Shown here: positions 51,201 to 63,418 of the stretch, one piece after another | Numbering within the stretch: the first letter of the stretch is position 1 | How the letters are laid out: each line of letters starts with the position of its first letter | NCBI GenBank assembly: GCA_051294375.1 | Contig: JBJCIZ010000239.1 | Location: 739,721-803,444, forward strand | DNA from: Paraspadella gotoi | Lineage: Eukaryota > Animalia > Chaetognatha | Length of the DNA stretch: 63,724 nt | Direction: 5' to 3' | The notes under the pieces: generated by a model | The model's input: the letters and a program-made list of their open reading frames with translations, nothing else | Told to the model about the DNA's origin: nothing | The model's database searches: none | Program-made: the position numbers and the translations under genes

Positions 51201-52898
51201 TCAATAGATGGACATTATTATTTTATTATAGGTAATATTTAAGAATTGTATTAGAAATTTGGCTTACGTCGTTCGCGAAGATTTGATCGGAAACGCGAGA
51301 CGAGAGTGTCCCTCGATTTGGGATTTCAAGGTGAGGCATGGGAGTGAGGCGCAGGGTTGTGGAATGTGGAGCTCCCCCATTTCCGCTCCAGCTTCGGCTC
51401 AAAACTCCAGCTCCCGGCAAGATACATTTTTTTTCAGCTCCAGCTCCGGCTCGATCCTAAAGTTTTCTCCAGCTCCGATAAAAAAAAAAATTGAGACAGC
51501 TCCGGCTCCGACTCAAAATGTTTAATGTTGCTTACATTTAAATCGGTCATAGTTTTATTTAATTTACTTATATTTAAATCAATAATAATTTTATTAATTT
51601 AACTGAGGCGACTTACCGAATTATTTGGAAAGATTAATCATTTGGGTAAGGGTCGTCGTGACGAGCGCGCCTTTAATTATTGAATTAATTTAATTGATTA
51701 AAAGAGAAATTAAACGACGGAAAAAATGAAAATAAAGAGTGGGGCTTTACCAATGGCTCTATTCAATTTAGTACATACTCATTGGAAAGGGGTAACGGTG
51801 ATAATTTAAAACGGGCACACCGAGGGTCCTAAAATACAAACCTAATGATAACCGGTCAAATGCCCCACAAATCAGGAAATCCAAAAAAAATAGTCAAAAA
51901 TAAGTTTACAAGGTTCCATTAATTTTCAAAATGACCAAGAATGCAGTTTCGCCCATTTTTAACTTCCCCCCCTTTGTTCTTTTGTTATTCTTTTTTTTCT
52001 CCGCAGCTCATGAGCGACAACCGGTCTCTCTTGAACACGCCCCCTACGTGGAGCGTCTACGTCACGAATCTCATTCTCGAGTGGATGATGGCAGATGGCG
52101 GATTGAGACACTTCGACTCGATCAGCGAACAAAAGAGCAAGATGATTTACGAAATAATCGACGATTCGCAGAATTTTTACAAGTATATTATTTTTTGTTT
52201 AATGTTTATAATGAGTATGACCGAGTATGTTTCATCCCTCACCGTTTTATCGTCGTTTATTATTTAGCCACAGTTAAAACTCTTATTTAAATTCTACTAA
52301 AAATTTCTGAAACTCTTTTACATTGTTTAATAAAACTTCCAATAGGGGGGGGGAGCTCGCGGTAACTTTAGAGTAACTTATTCTCAGGTAAATTTTATAA
52401 ATGTTTGTTTGTTCGTTTACATTTATATTTATTTATTTCGCCAGGGGAACGGTGGACCGTGATTGTCGATCACGAATGAACGTTTGCTTCCGCATCAATT
52501 CTCCCGACGGATCGCCGAGCAAAGAGTTGGAGGAAAAGTTTTTCGCCGAAGGGAAAAAACTGGATTTGGTAGGAATGATTGATTTTGATTTGATTTGATA
52601 TGACGGTTTTGACTCGATTGATTTGCTGTCTTAGATTATTGATTAAAAGAAGAAGAAAAAATATTTGATGAAGTCAGTTTTAATCTTAACGAATCGAGAA
52701 AAATCGATTGATTTTTGCACGATTCATTTTATTTAGTTTTTGTATTTAATTGTAAAAATTTATATTCAGATTTGTATGAACGGACATCGATCCGTCGGCG
52801 GAGTCCGTCTGTCCCTCTACAACGCGCTGACTCTGGATGACGCGAGACAAGTATCGCGATTCATGAAACAATTCTTGGCGGAAAATCACGAAGTGTGA
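39226..52898 (+). CDS. PSAT1: Phosphoserine aminotransferase. Exons ~39226-39279, 39349-39503, 49750-49933, [exon 4 inverted at 50998-51164], 3' part of exon 5 at 51268-51330, 52007-52182, 52445-52568, 52770-52898
   Basis: Consensus of the two exon 1-2 copies reads [53 protein letters not shown]. Later exons read [17 protein letters not shown]..; VVREDLIG; SLLNTPP; RSRMNV; [15 protein letters not shown]. Exons 1-2 carry indels, and the PLP-lysine segment (GAQKN) is not visible. Confidence 0.92.
39790..48882 (-). CDS. Divergent single-domain hexokinase-like protein nested in PSAT1 intron 2. Exons 48882-48390, 47412 to ~47196, ~46184 to 45952, 44770-44629, 44370-44225, 43608-43504, 42591 to ~42490, 41019-40799, ~39975 to ~39790
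   Basis: Hexokinase motifs occur in order: [95 protein letters not shown]. Some boundaries are uncertain, exon 7 is truncated at a repeat and the last exon has indels. Confidence 0.88.
41082..42126 (+). mobile_element. Second HINE-like element carrying a ~63-bp GA-rich minisatellite; short relative at 44405-44591
   Basis: TTTTAGTTGC..GCAACT hairpin start and GGTC/GTCT microsatellite. Inverted repeat AGACGAAATTTTGATGCAGTG (41261) / CACTGCATCAAAATTCGTCT (42126) brackets ~10 units of GTGAAAATGACAGAAAGGGACAAATA(GA)n. Confidence 0.55.
42684..43403 (+). mobile_element. TRIM (miniature non-autonomous LTR retroelement), family 1. LTRs 42684-42912 and 43149-43403, tRNA-Trp PBS at 42915, ATAT target-site duplication
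   Basis: Direct repeats TGTGGTGG...TGCCATA; TGGTGAGCCC..CGAACACGCAACCTTCT just after the 5' LTR; ATAT on both flanks; no coding capacity. Confidence 0.85.
43944..44120. mobile_element. MITE-like element with TIRs and internal degenerate (TAACCC)n
   Basis: TGGGTTAAATTTTACTTTCGCCGACC ... GGTCGGCAAAAGTCAAAGTAACCCA. Related ends occur near 23125, 26815, 29900-30157, 50005-50177 and 56180. Confidence 0.6.
44985..45693 (-). mobile_element. TRIM family 2: ~255-bp direct repeats with tRNA-Trp PBS
   Basis: 44985-45243 repeats at 45433-45693. 45395-45427 reads GGTTGCGTGTTCGGGATCACGTCGGGCTCACCA (tRNA-Trp 3' part plus CCA). A G-rich tract precedes the second LTR on the minus strand. Outer ends are eroded. 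Confidence 0.75.
46809..46874 (+). repeat. 11-bp tandem repeat (AAGAGATTATT)x6
   Basis: Directly visible. Confidence 0.9.
47762..48285 (+). mobile_element. Same HINE-like family, shorter copy (further fragments at ~1890-2385 and 5110-5245)
   Basis: Same start (AAACAAGTTTGAGCAAACAAT..GATCTGCCCACGATC), core repeat and terminal hairpin. Confidence 0.65.
50998..51164 (-). CDS. PSAT1: PSAT1 exon 4 in inverted orientation
   Basis: Minus strand reads (D)[43 protein letters not shown], bounded by aag| and |gt. Its phase 1 start fits exon 3. Confidence 0.9.
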
Positions 52899-53683
52899 GA
52901 TGCGTTGAACAATTGTTGTGAACAATTGTGAAATTGTTGGCCGGAGAAGCGGCTTAGGTTTTATTATCCTTGTTTGTCTGTGGAAATACAATTTATATTC
53001 TTTAAACGTTTCATTCTGAAACTGGCAAATTATTTTATATGCCAGAAATTAGTCTTAACAAAACTTTCGTATATTTAGTTATAAAGATTTTAAAAACTAC
53101 CAAAATTGTCCAATGTCCATATTGATCGTCACATGATTTACACACAAAAATAAACTATTTTTAACAAATAAACAATTTATTTGACGAGTAGTATTAAAAA
53201 TTCAGTGCAGTGATTTTCCAATAGTATCAAAATGGGAGAAGGGAATTTTCATTTTCAAGTTTGATAAGATTTTTGTAATCGCTTAATAAATATTACGTGA
53301 TTACAAAAAAACTAGAAATTCTTTCAGAAAAACATACAGAAATACAAAGCTATAATATTTTTTTCTCAATCTATTCTTTACGGGGTTCGCAGTTTTTTCA
53401 GTTTCTGCTCATACTAACTTCACCAACGAACGCCATTTCATTCTTCGGGTCCGAGACACGTAACAAAATATATTTTTTTAAAAATTACAAGCAAATCGCA
53501 AGGCTCGTTATTTGTCCCAACTGTTCGTATGATAAGTTGATATTCAAAACCGAGAGAACAGCTGAGCTTAAAACGCGAGAGAGCGAATCTCGCGGCTCAA
53601 TATATATCCGAATTATATATAATAGAATGTTGTAACAAATACATGTATGTATGTTTGTAAATTGTAATTGTTTCGCGTTCCGA

Positions 53684-56600
53684 TCATTCTTCCCTTTTCC
53701 AATCTTTCTCCATGATGAATATTTCTCCCTGAAGCATTTGAGGCGCCGTGTCAGGGACGGCGACGGTGGGACCTGTTAGCAAGATTGATTGATTGATTGA
53801 TTTTGACTTATCTCAATGATTTGATTGATTGAATTATTTAATTTTTAAATTCTTTGAATGGTTGTTTTATTGTTCTAAGAAAAATAAACTTTTTTTTACA
53901 TTTGATGTATGGATTGAGATCTAGTGATCGCATTTGTTTGATTTGATAGAGTAAATGATTATTTTATAAGGATATAAAAACTATCCATATATATTCCATA
54001 AATAAGCTTTCTTGTCCCTGACTTAGGACAGGCTATGCCTGGCTATGATGACTTAAGGCCTCCATCACTCTTACAAGATAAACCTCGAGCGGGACCCTGC
54101 AAACTTTCAATCAAGACTGCAAACTTTCAATCAAGACTCTCTCACGGTCATTATTAAACTAAATGATTATTGATTGATTTGATTGATTGATTTTGATTGA
54201 TTGAAGGATCGCTCACCTTTCTTCCTCTTGAGCCAAGCGGCCTGGCACCGTAGAATACAGGGCGCCAACATGTGCAGGATCGCGCAGATCATGAGAAGAG
54301 CGCCGCCCATGAAAAATGAGGCGCGGTAGTTTTGGGTGGCGTCGTAAAGCCAACCTGAGAAAAGGGAAGAAACTTAGCAAAGGGCGATATGATCATTTTC
54401 AATTATCAATTCATTCATAGATTCATCTATATATTCATTTAATTATTCTTTTATCCATTCATTCAGTCATGGATCTATACTTTCGTTTTTATACTCATTC
54501 ATATGTATATGAAGTGATGAGCTGATGGGTTTATTCAATGAGCCACCGGGTCACGACGGAAGGCGTCGTGCTTATAGACGGGGTGAACTTAGGCAATGCC
54601 CGACTACATAATACATTCATCAATTTATTAATTCGTTTAAACATTCATTTATCCATACATTCGTTTGAGGCTATACATGCATTCATTGAGTTATCCATGT
54701 ACATACATTCATGAAGCTATACATTCTTTCATTCATTCACACATTCATTCACTTATTCATTAACCCATTCATAACTCACCCGCGAAAGGGGGACCGATGA
54801 CCGTCGCCAATCCTCGAAACAACAACAACAGTCCAAAGGAATTCGTCAGCTTCTCGAGGCCCAAGAGCTCAACTTGTGTAGTTTATTTTTAAAAAAAAGA
54901 TAACATATAAACAGTTATATTGGCGTTTAAACCAGGTTAAGCGATTCGAGGTTCTATAGAGTAGTTACAATAACAAAATCCAATCGTGAGGGGCACTAAA
55001 ACTTGCCAACCACTCGGGTCACTTTTGTCAGGGGCCGATAGATGGTTTAAATTTTGAATAAAATTTTGAGTGCCCTAATCTCATTAACATATAATCTCGT
55101 TCCGAGTACATAAGTATTGTTGGCAATTGATTTCGGTTTACTTTATTTGAATTCGAGTAATTATAACAATTTTATTGACGTATTTATAAAGACAAACGAA
55201 TTAAACTATCGAAAGAACTTTCGTCGGTGTGCGTTTTACAAGTTTAGTTTTGAATATTTTGGCCCGTTTGTGTTTTCGCTTAACGAATTTATATATATTC
55301 ATATTGCTTGTAATNNNNNNNNNNNNNNNNNNNNNNNNNNNNNNNNNNNNNNNNNNNNNNNNNNNNNNNNNNNNNNNNNNNNNNNNNNNNNNNNNNNNNN
55401 NNNNNNNNNNNNNNNNNNNNNNNNNNNNNNNNNNNNNNNNNNNNNNNNNNNNNNNNNNNNNNNNNNNNNNNNNNNNNNNNNNNNNNNNNNNNNNNNNNNN
55501 NNNNNNNNNNNNNNNNNNNNNNNNNNNNNNNNNNNNNNNNNNNNNNNNNNNNNNNNNNNNNNNNNNNNNNNNNNNNNNNNNNNNNNNNNNNNNNNNNNNN
55601 NNNNNNNNNNNAGAGTATGGTGAACGAAGGAATGGAATAGAGAGAGCGAGATTGAAGAGAGAGAAAGAAAGAGAGATTGATGGAGAGAGATCGAGGCACA
55701 TAGACACGGGGTAGGAGAGCGAGAAGAAGAAGAAGAGAGACAAAGGCAGGGGGAGAGAAAAAGAGAGGGCGAGACAGGGATAGACGCAGTTAGTTTCGAC
55801 GTTCCACTTCACCGGCGATCATCAACGTGGTGATGTTGACGTTCATCGGCTGGAGTTTGAATTTGTCCGTGACCCAACCGACGACGAATCTGGCAACGGT
55901 GTTGCTGATTCCGATGATGGAGACGAGGAATGGCCGCTTGTTCTCTTTCTAGTCCACTTTGGCTTTCCGGTGATGGGTTCTGAAGAAAATAGGGTTTTGG
56001 CGGAGGGGGGGTGTTCTATCGCTGGGGCGTAGGAATTGCGAATGTTAGGCTATTGATTTTGATTAAATAAACATCGCAGGAAATATTTTAATGTTAATAC
56101 AAATTCTCTACTTTTCTTCCTAATCAAACCGCCGACTCCTTTCGTTTGATAAAATTGCGTTAAAAATATATTTTTTTCAACTTTCGCCGACGGGGAATTT
56201 TGTGTGGGGTTTATATATTTATTTATTTATTTATTTATTCTTTGCATCTAAAGAGGTTTAACAATTTTCATTTAGAAAGAAAAAAGGATAAAAGTTATGA
56301 ATTATTATCAATTCTTATCCTTTTACTGACCAACCCTTTTCCAAACCCAACCCTATCCCTAATTTCGTATACCCAAAACCCCCTAACCTTTATCCCAACC
56401 TTTATTCCTTAACCTTTAACCCCTAACCTTTAACCCTTAACCTTAACCTCAACCATAACCTTTAACCCTTAACCATTATCCCAACCTTTAATCCTTAACC
56501 ATAACCTTTAACCCCTAACGGGAAATCCGAACCCGTTTGGTTAATTAACTTATTCGTCTATCGATATGATTCACCTGTCGGCCAGAAACATGAAGGGCAA

Positions 56601-57944
56601 CCAATAGCCCATCATTCCCAAGATGTTGGCGAAGGCGATGAGCATGAAGACGGGGTTCAACAGCAGAGAAAAGTCCATCATGGAGTTGAGCGTGTCTCTG
56701 ATGGAGTAAAGTGCCAAGGTGGGGACGGAGAAGTTTCAATTTTTTTATTATTGGCAATTTACATTTTGAAAAAATTAGAGGAAGAGAGATTAAGTGAGAG
56801 AGGGAGAGGGACATAAGACGCGGAGAGGAGAGAGACCGAGAGAGAGAGGGAGCAGAGAGAGAGCAGAGAAGAGAGAGGAGAGAGAGAGACAGAGAGAAAG
56901 AAAAAAAGAGAGATACACAGAAAGAGAGAGAGACACAGAGAGAGAAAGAGAGAAAGAGAGAGAGACACCAAAAATAAAATAAGATAAAGTGAAAGTGAAA
57001 ACTTAGGTTTCAGTTTAAAAAATATTTAATCAACTATTAAAAATATTAATAATATATAATATATAAAAAAATATTAAAAATATTAAAATAATAAATACTT
57101 TTAGTGTTAAAACTTAAAAGTAAAAAATAAATGAGCTAGTACTTCCCACAAAGACTCTCTATTTAAATAAAAGTAATGTAATTGTAACCGACCTCATTTC
57201 TTTCGGCAGACATTTGCATTTGGTCTCCTTAAGAGATTTGGCGTCTTCTTCCGGAACATCCGTAATGGCGGCGACGTATGTCCGTATGTCCGGGTTGGAC
57301 TGATACTGAGGAATGTGCAGCATGGAACCGCTGGCAGCCGAAGAAAAAGGTTGGAATGGATGATTCAATACCAAAGAACATTCGACGTAAACATAATTCA
57401 TTGCAAATCAATCAATACAAGTTCAGTAATTAGAGAGAGAGAGAATTTTTTAGTTAAATTACAAATCTTTGTAAATGTCTAAACTACTCAATCGCACCTG
57501 TAGAAGATATCCTGTCTGTACATCGGTTTGACGTACAACTCTTTAAATTCCTTCTTAACTTTTCGTCGACGAGCGATTTGAGCCGCTTCGAAAATGTCGG
57601 AAGCTGCTCTCTTGGGGTCAGTGGCGAGCATGAGACGATTCTCTGGGAAAAAGGGGTTGGGGGGCGGGTGATGTGGCATAGAGGAAAGTTTAATTTTAAT
57701 TATTTGTATAAAAAAAATCATTCTTGTTCGTGCGAACGAGTTATTTTCGATGAAATTTATGATAAGACTCAAAATAAAGCGTCTGGCGATGGAATCTGTA
57801 CATAAAATGAAAATGGAAAAGTAAGTTTCTCGATTGTTATTATGTTTAAGAAATTATTTTTTTTCACTAAGTTTAGTGAAGAAAGTTTAGTTATCTAGTT
57901 AGATATTAAACCGACGATTTTATTATTGCTTGTAACTCTCTCTC

Positions 57945-57980
<36 letters not shown>

Positions 57981-60902
57981 ACATTTCACTTTGTCAATTT
58001 TCACCGCTGAAAGCTCTCACCATTGTCGAAACATAAAATAAACAAACATATTCCCCGTTGTTAAAACTGTTTGGTCTTTGACTCTAAACCAATAAGTTTC
58101 ATACCACAAAGATATTCATTTCCCTTCCACCCCACCCGGAATCAGATTGTCGTCGCCCTTCTTCTCCGCCATGACGTTCATATCGCGGGCCACCGTGTTC
58201 GGCGCTGGGATTCGTCGCTCGTCCCTTTGACCCAAGAATCCGTCGGCAGCTTTGTTTCTTTCTGGGTGAACCTGGGAAAGGCAGAGAGATGACACGTATT
58301 TATTGGTGAAGTACAGATTAATTTCATATTTCAGCAGGAGGCTCACCGGACAATGTGCGACTCGTACATGGCGAGTCAAAAGCGTTACTCTTTTCCTTTA
58401 AAGTTTAATAGATGAGAAGGCACATCAATTTTGCGAACGACGTTTTATTGCATAAAAATCTTTTCCATAGAATCCTACGCCGTTCAATCCAATAACACAC
58501 CCGTTTACACATTTCAAAAATCATGACTAATGGCAAAATTGTATTTTGAAAGCCTAAAGCCTAATATAATTTTTCTGACCCGAGGTAATTCTTAATATTT
58601 CGATAAAAGAATTAATTTGTAGCCGGAATAATATTTTACAATTCTAGAAACTACAATATGCAAATGAGATTTTACAAAGTTAATAATATTGGAAGTCCGA
58701 TTCTCGTGGCGCTTGCAAAAGAATCTTAAGTAACACGATAATACTTTCTTTTTTAAATTACTTGGTCACCCCAGTGTGCTGTCTTGGGGGGCGCGAATGC
58801 TAAATTCGCCTCCCGTATAGCATGGTGAAACTAAGTTCGTCCCATTTAATTGGTTTGGACAGCTAAGTACTCGTTCACCAACCGTGAGTTCTGGGTTCAA
58901 TCCCCTCACGGTCACGCTGGTGTGATGGTATCGGCATAAACACGCCAGTGACATGGGGTGGTCACTGCAGGTCCAAAGCCCTGAGCGCCAGCTGTCTGGA
59001 GATGCCTCACACCCCAGGCATCACACAGATAGGCGGACAGAGGAAGGAGCAAGGGCGTTAACCTGGAGGCCCTTTTTCAAAATATAACATTGGGTCATTT
59101 GCCATTTGCCATTTGCCATTTGCCATTTGCCATAGAATAAATACATTCGACTCACCGCCGGTTGACTTCTCTTCTTTCCTCTCGGATCGTTCAACTGAGC
59201 CTGAATTGCGAAACAACAAGAAAAATTTTTAAAAAATTAACATGTAGATAATTTTTGCCTCATATACTAATTAAATCGGTGCGAACAATTCAAAAATTAA
59301 TCGTTTCTTTAATAGATACGCTATCTTGCCCCTGACTTTGGACTGGCCATCTAATTTTGGTCTTAGTGAATACTAATCTGTAGTTATTTTTTTTTTACAA
59401 ATATATTTTGTATATAGTACTACCCTTATATATTGTTAAGATTTCAAAATGTTTTTTTTTTTAAATTCTGAGAACAGATTCAGATTCCTCGTTAAAAGTT
59501 GATAAAAGAAAATATAAATCTTTTTTAAAAATTATGTCATTAAAAAAATTAAAAATTATAAAAAACTATATTTTGGAGCTGGAAGAATTTTGAATCTTAT
59601 GAAAGAATTTTTAAAAAAGAAATATACTTTCTTGTATCAACTTTTCGCAAGGAATCCAAATCCGATCTTTAAATTAAAAAATTTGCCTTTTGAAATCTTA
59701 GCCTAATATATAATTATTACTATATATAAATATAGCTCACTGGTGCCCACTAATGTATAAAATTAAAAAAATAATTTTACCAAAGTATTTTTATTATTTT
59801 TTATTTTCATGTTTTATATGCTAAATTTTAATTTTCTAAAATGTTATAATTTTCACATCACTCTATTGCCCAATGCCCATCTACAGAGCCCACTACCCTT
59901 TCCTCGAGATTCAAGAGTGTCTAATTGACTCTCACTGACCCTCACCATTCACCAACCCCCCTAAGTGATTCACATCCGCCTCTGACTACCCCCTTCTCCC
60001 TACTCACGTCCGACTCGGTCAAGAGCGTTGAGATGGCCTCCTCGCTCGCGGGGCCTTCGACTGTAATGGAAGGGATCGTCAACTGTTCCCCGGACATTTT
60101 CTTCTTGAGGCTGGCGAGACGCGCCGCCTCTCGGATGTCCTTGGCGCTGCCGCTGGAAAAAATGTTGGAGAAGTCGCTGTTGTAATTAAATTTAATAAAA
60201 TGATGAGAGAAGCGTCCGAAAAACGAAATAAAAAGATATGCTAAACCGCTAAAATATGCAAATGATATTTTAAGATGAATTAAAAGCAACGGTTTAAAAT
60301 CCCAGCTTTGCGTTCAAGGGGCAATATCCGAATACTAAATTCAGACCAAAAATAAAGCTTTATGGCATCTCACTGTTGGCTTTAGGGGGCTTCCGACCCT
60401 CAGTGACGCCTCCAGTCACTGGCGCGGTTACCCTAAGACGGTCTCGCTTTGCCAACGCAGAGGGAAGTACTGTGGATGGAACACTACGCCTGGGATGGTA
60501 TGTTCCCCCTCTGAGCCAATGGATTTGGCTGAACGATGGTGGACGTGAGGCGGTGTGAATATACCGCCACAGCTTTAAGGTTAATTTGAAGTTATGAATA
60601 CGAAATCCGAATCTAAGTCTCGTCGCTGTTTATTCATTCACTCACAGTTGAACTTTTTTCCCATCGGTGTTGTCGTGGAGGGCGTCTAATTCCTCGTCTT
60701 CCGCTTCCGCCTCAACGTTGAGTTGCTGAGTTAATTAATTATTTATACAAAATAATTAGAAAGAATAATAGAAAAATTAAAAAGTATTTCCCCCCTCACA
60801 ATATCTGATTGAAAACGAATATAAACTTGGTAAATACACCCACGTGGTTTCTTCTTATCAAATGTCTTACCAATGCTTTCTGCAAGAGGAAAAAGAAAGA
60901 GT

Positions 60903-60961
<59 letters not shown>

Positions 60962-61144
60962 GGAGAGATTATTTTTTTTTAATGTTTCTTTGAAACTTAA
61001 TTAATTTAATTTACATAAGGCTCAATTAAGAAGGCATTAACTTAAAATAGGAAACTCCAGGGGAAACGATTACTGCTATTTTAACGGACTGCATTGACTC
61101 AGGGACGAGGAGAGAGACAGAGAGAGAAGAGAGAGACGAGAGAG

Positions 61145-61175
<31 letters not shown>

Positions 61176-63418
61176 GGAGAGACGAGAGAGTTTGGGGGTC
61201 ATCGGTTCGAATCACATCACATGCGAAGTATTAAATTCGATCAACGATTTCACAATTTCCGATTCACATAGTTTCCGGGATTTTGAAAGAGCCGCGAACC
61301 TGAGCTGTTATCGATTTCTTGCTCCAAAAAGTTAACACGAGAATTATATTCTATCCCATCTTATTTATTGTTATAACATCCCACAAATACGGCGCAAGCG
61401 GACGATCACCTTGAGACGATTGAGCAGCGTCTTCCTTCTCTTCTCTTTGACCTCCTTCTTCGTCGGCGGCTGAAGCGGCCGCATTAAGGCGCCCATGATG
61501 AGGCATTGGAGGGAGATGGCGGCAAAGACTGGAAGTGTTGTTTGTTTATAAATAAAAAGGAAATGCTTATAAAAGATAAACAAAACTAAGGGAGAGAATT
61601 TTTTGAGATAAGACCGGACGATAAAAGATTTGATAACGTTTGTATAATTTATTTTTTGCTTTGATTTGTGAAGTGACTAATCTTAACAATGACATAATTA
61701 ATTAATGATAATTAATAATAATGATAATAATCATCAGTTTAAAGTAGTTCATGATAACTCCTTCATAGAAGGAAGATGGAAATTTTTCTCGGCAATCCTG
61801 CCAATCCTGTCATTGGTCACTTGGCCGCCCAAACCAATGAATGACTCAAACCAATGAATGATTCAAACCAATGAATGACTCAAACCAATGAATGACCCAT
61901 TAGTTGCCAACCCCTTACCCACTAGCGCCGCTGTATCAACTCACCCAAGAGCGTCTGCTCCCAATACTTTCCGTCGAGCAGCCATTGGGTGAGTGGAGCG
62001 AAGATGAACGTCCCGACTCCGGAGCCGCTCGTCACGATGCCTGGGAAAAAGAGGGTGAGGACAGAAGGTCAGTTAGAAATGATGATAATGAAGAGGAAAG
62101 ACGAAACGAACAACGACGATTAAAACAACGACGAAGACGAAGAAGACCAGACGACCAGACATAAGACCACCCGACGAAAGTCGGAAGAACAACCTTTAGA
62201 GTCCGTCATGCCTAACGGCGCAGATGAGAATATGGCACAGATGAGCGAGGGTCCACGACGCGACGACATAGAGGAACGACAAAATTGCGCACCGCGACCA
62301 ATGCACGACCGAACCGAAACCACGTACCCCATGCCGACCGGAGCCCGACCGCCCCGGATCCGACCTCCCCGGCCCCCTCGCTCGGCCTGTTCGCGCCGGC
62401 TCTTTTCTCCTCGACGTAAAAACTCGACGACGACGACGAAAACAACGACAAGCACCGACGAAATTCACTGATGCACGCCGGACCAGGGACAACGAATGAC
62501 ATACTCTTCGACGGTCCACTTCCTTGCCCACACTGACCCCGAGGTCTACGACGACGCCACGCCATGCAGACACGACAATGAAAAACGAAACGATCGAACG
62601 ACCAGAACCGACCCCGACCAATCCGCGACCGACCCGATCGGAACCGGACCGACAATGTGGGACGAAGCTCTTTTCTCCCTCGAAGTAAACCAACCGACCC
62701 GCACCGACGTACGAAAAACAACGACCAAAGACGACGAAGACCTCGCCGACAAACGAACGAAACGAGAAAGACAACTTTGACGTCCATCTTGACAACTGAG
62801 GTCTAACGACGGGACGCGCGAATGCGAAGCGGAAAAAGATAGAAAAGCAGCATAAAACAAAGCGAGACCATCGAGACCGCCCGAAAGAGAACCCGAGTCG
62901 ATAACTAACCAGAACCCGACCGGACCGACCTGTGGCGAAGGCTCTTTTCTCCTCGAAGTAAAAACCGACGACGACGACGAAAACAACGACAAAGACGACG
63001 AAGACTGAGACAACGACGAAGACGAAGAAGACAACTTTGACGTCCATCTTGACAATGACGAGGTCTACGACGACGACGACAATGAGAACGACAATGACGA
63101 CCGATCGACCGACCGACCGACCGACCGACCGACCGACNNNNNNNNNNNNNNNNNNNNNNNNNNNNNNNNNNNNNNNNNNNNNNNNNNNNNNNNNNNNNNN
63201 NNNNNNNNNNNNNNNNNNNNNNNNNNNNNNNNNNNNNNNNNNNNNNNNNNNNNNNNNNNNNNNNNNNNNNNNNNNNNNNNNNNNNNNNNNNNNNNNNNNN
63301 NNNNNNNNNNNNNNNNNNNNNNNNNNNNNNNNNNNNNNNNNNNNNNCTCTTTTCTCCTCGAAGTAAAAACCGACGACGACGATGGCTGGAAGGTACATCA
63401 TCCCGAAGCCGACGCCGC
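53684..63418 (-). CDS. Monocarboxylate transporter (SLC16/MCT family, MFS), 5'-partial, more than 13 exons
   Basis: [24 protein letters not shown](AFATG) at 63418-63348; [16 protein letters not shown] at 62040-61945; [10 protein letters not shown] at 61528-61410; loop exons at 60879-60871, 60725-60646, 60176-60008, 59200-59156; [13 protein letters not shown]; [11 protein letters not shown]; [11 protein letters not shown]; [17 protein letters not shown]; WLYDATQNY; stop at 53684. Confidence 0.92.
58840..59075 (+). mobile_element. Possible tRNA-derived SINE
   Basis: GC-rich island in an AT-rich intron with B-box-like GGTTCAATCCC near 58894; single copy in the window. Confidence 0.35.
60361..60571 (-). 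mobile_element. Solo LTR of TRIM family 1, internally deleted, GCTT target-site duplication
   Basis: Reverse complement matches the family 1 LTR; GCTT on both sides. Confidence 0.8.

Noticed and set aside
57983-58006. Possible 24-nt MCT microexon (minus strand)
   Set aside because: Splice sites look good, but joining to the next exon creates TAG; cannot be supported without RNA data.
62120-63137. Repeated GFYFEEKR exon copies (near 62400, 62670, 62940) suggesting mutually exclusive MCT exons
   Set aside because: The copies are progressively noisier, embedded in (GAC)n/(GACC)n repeats next to a gap; most consistent with low-quality gap fill.
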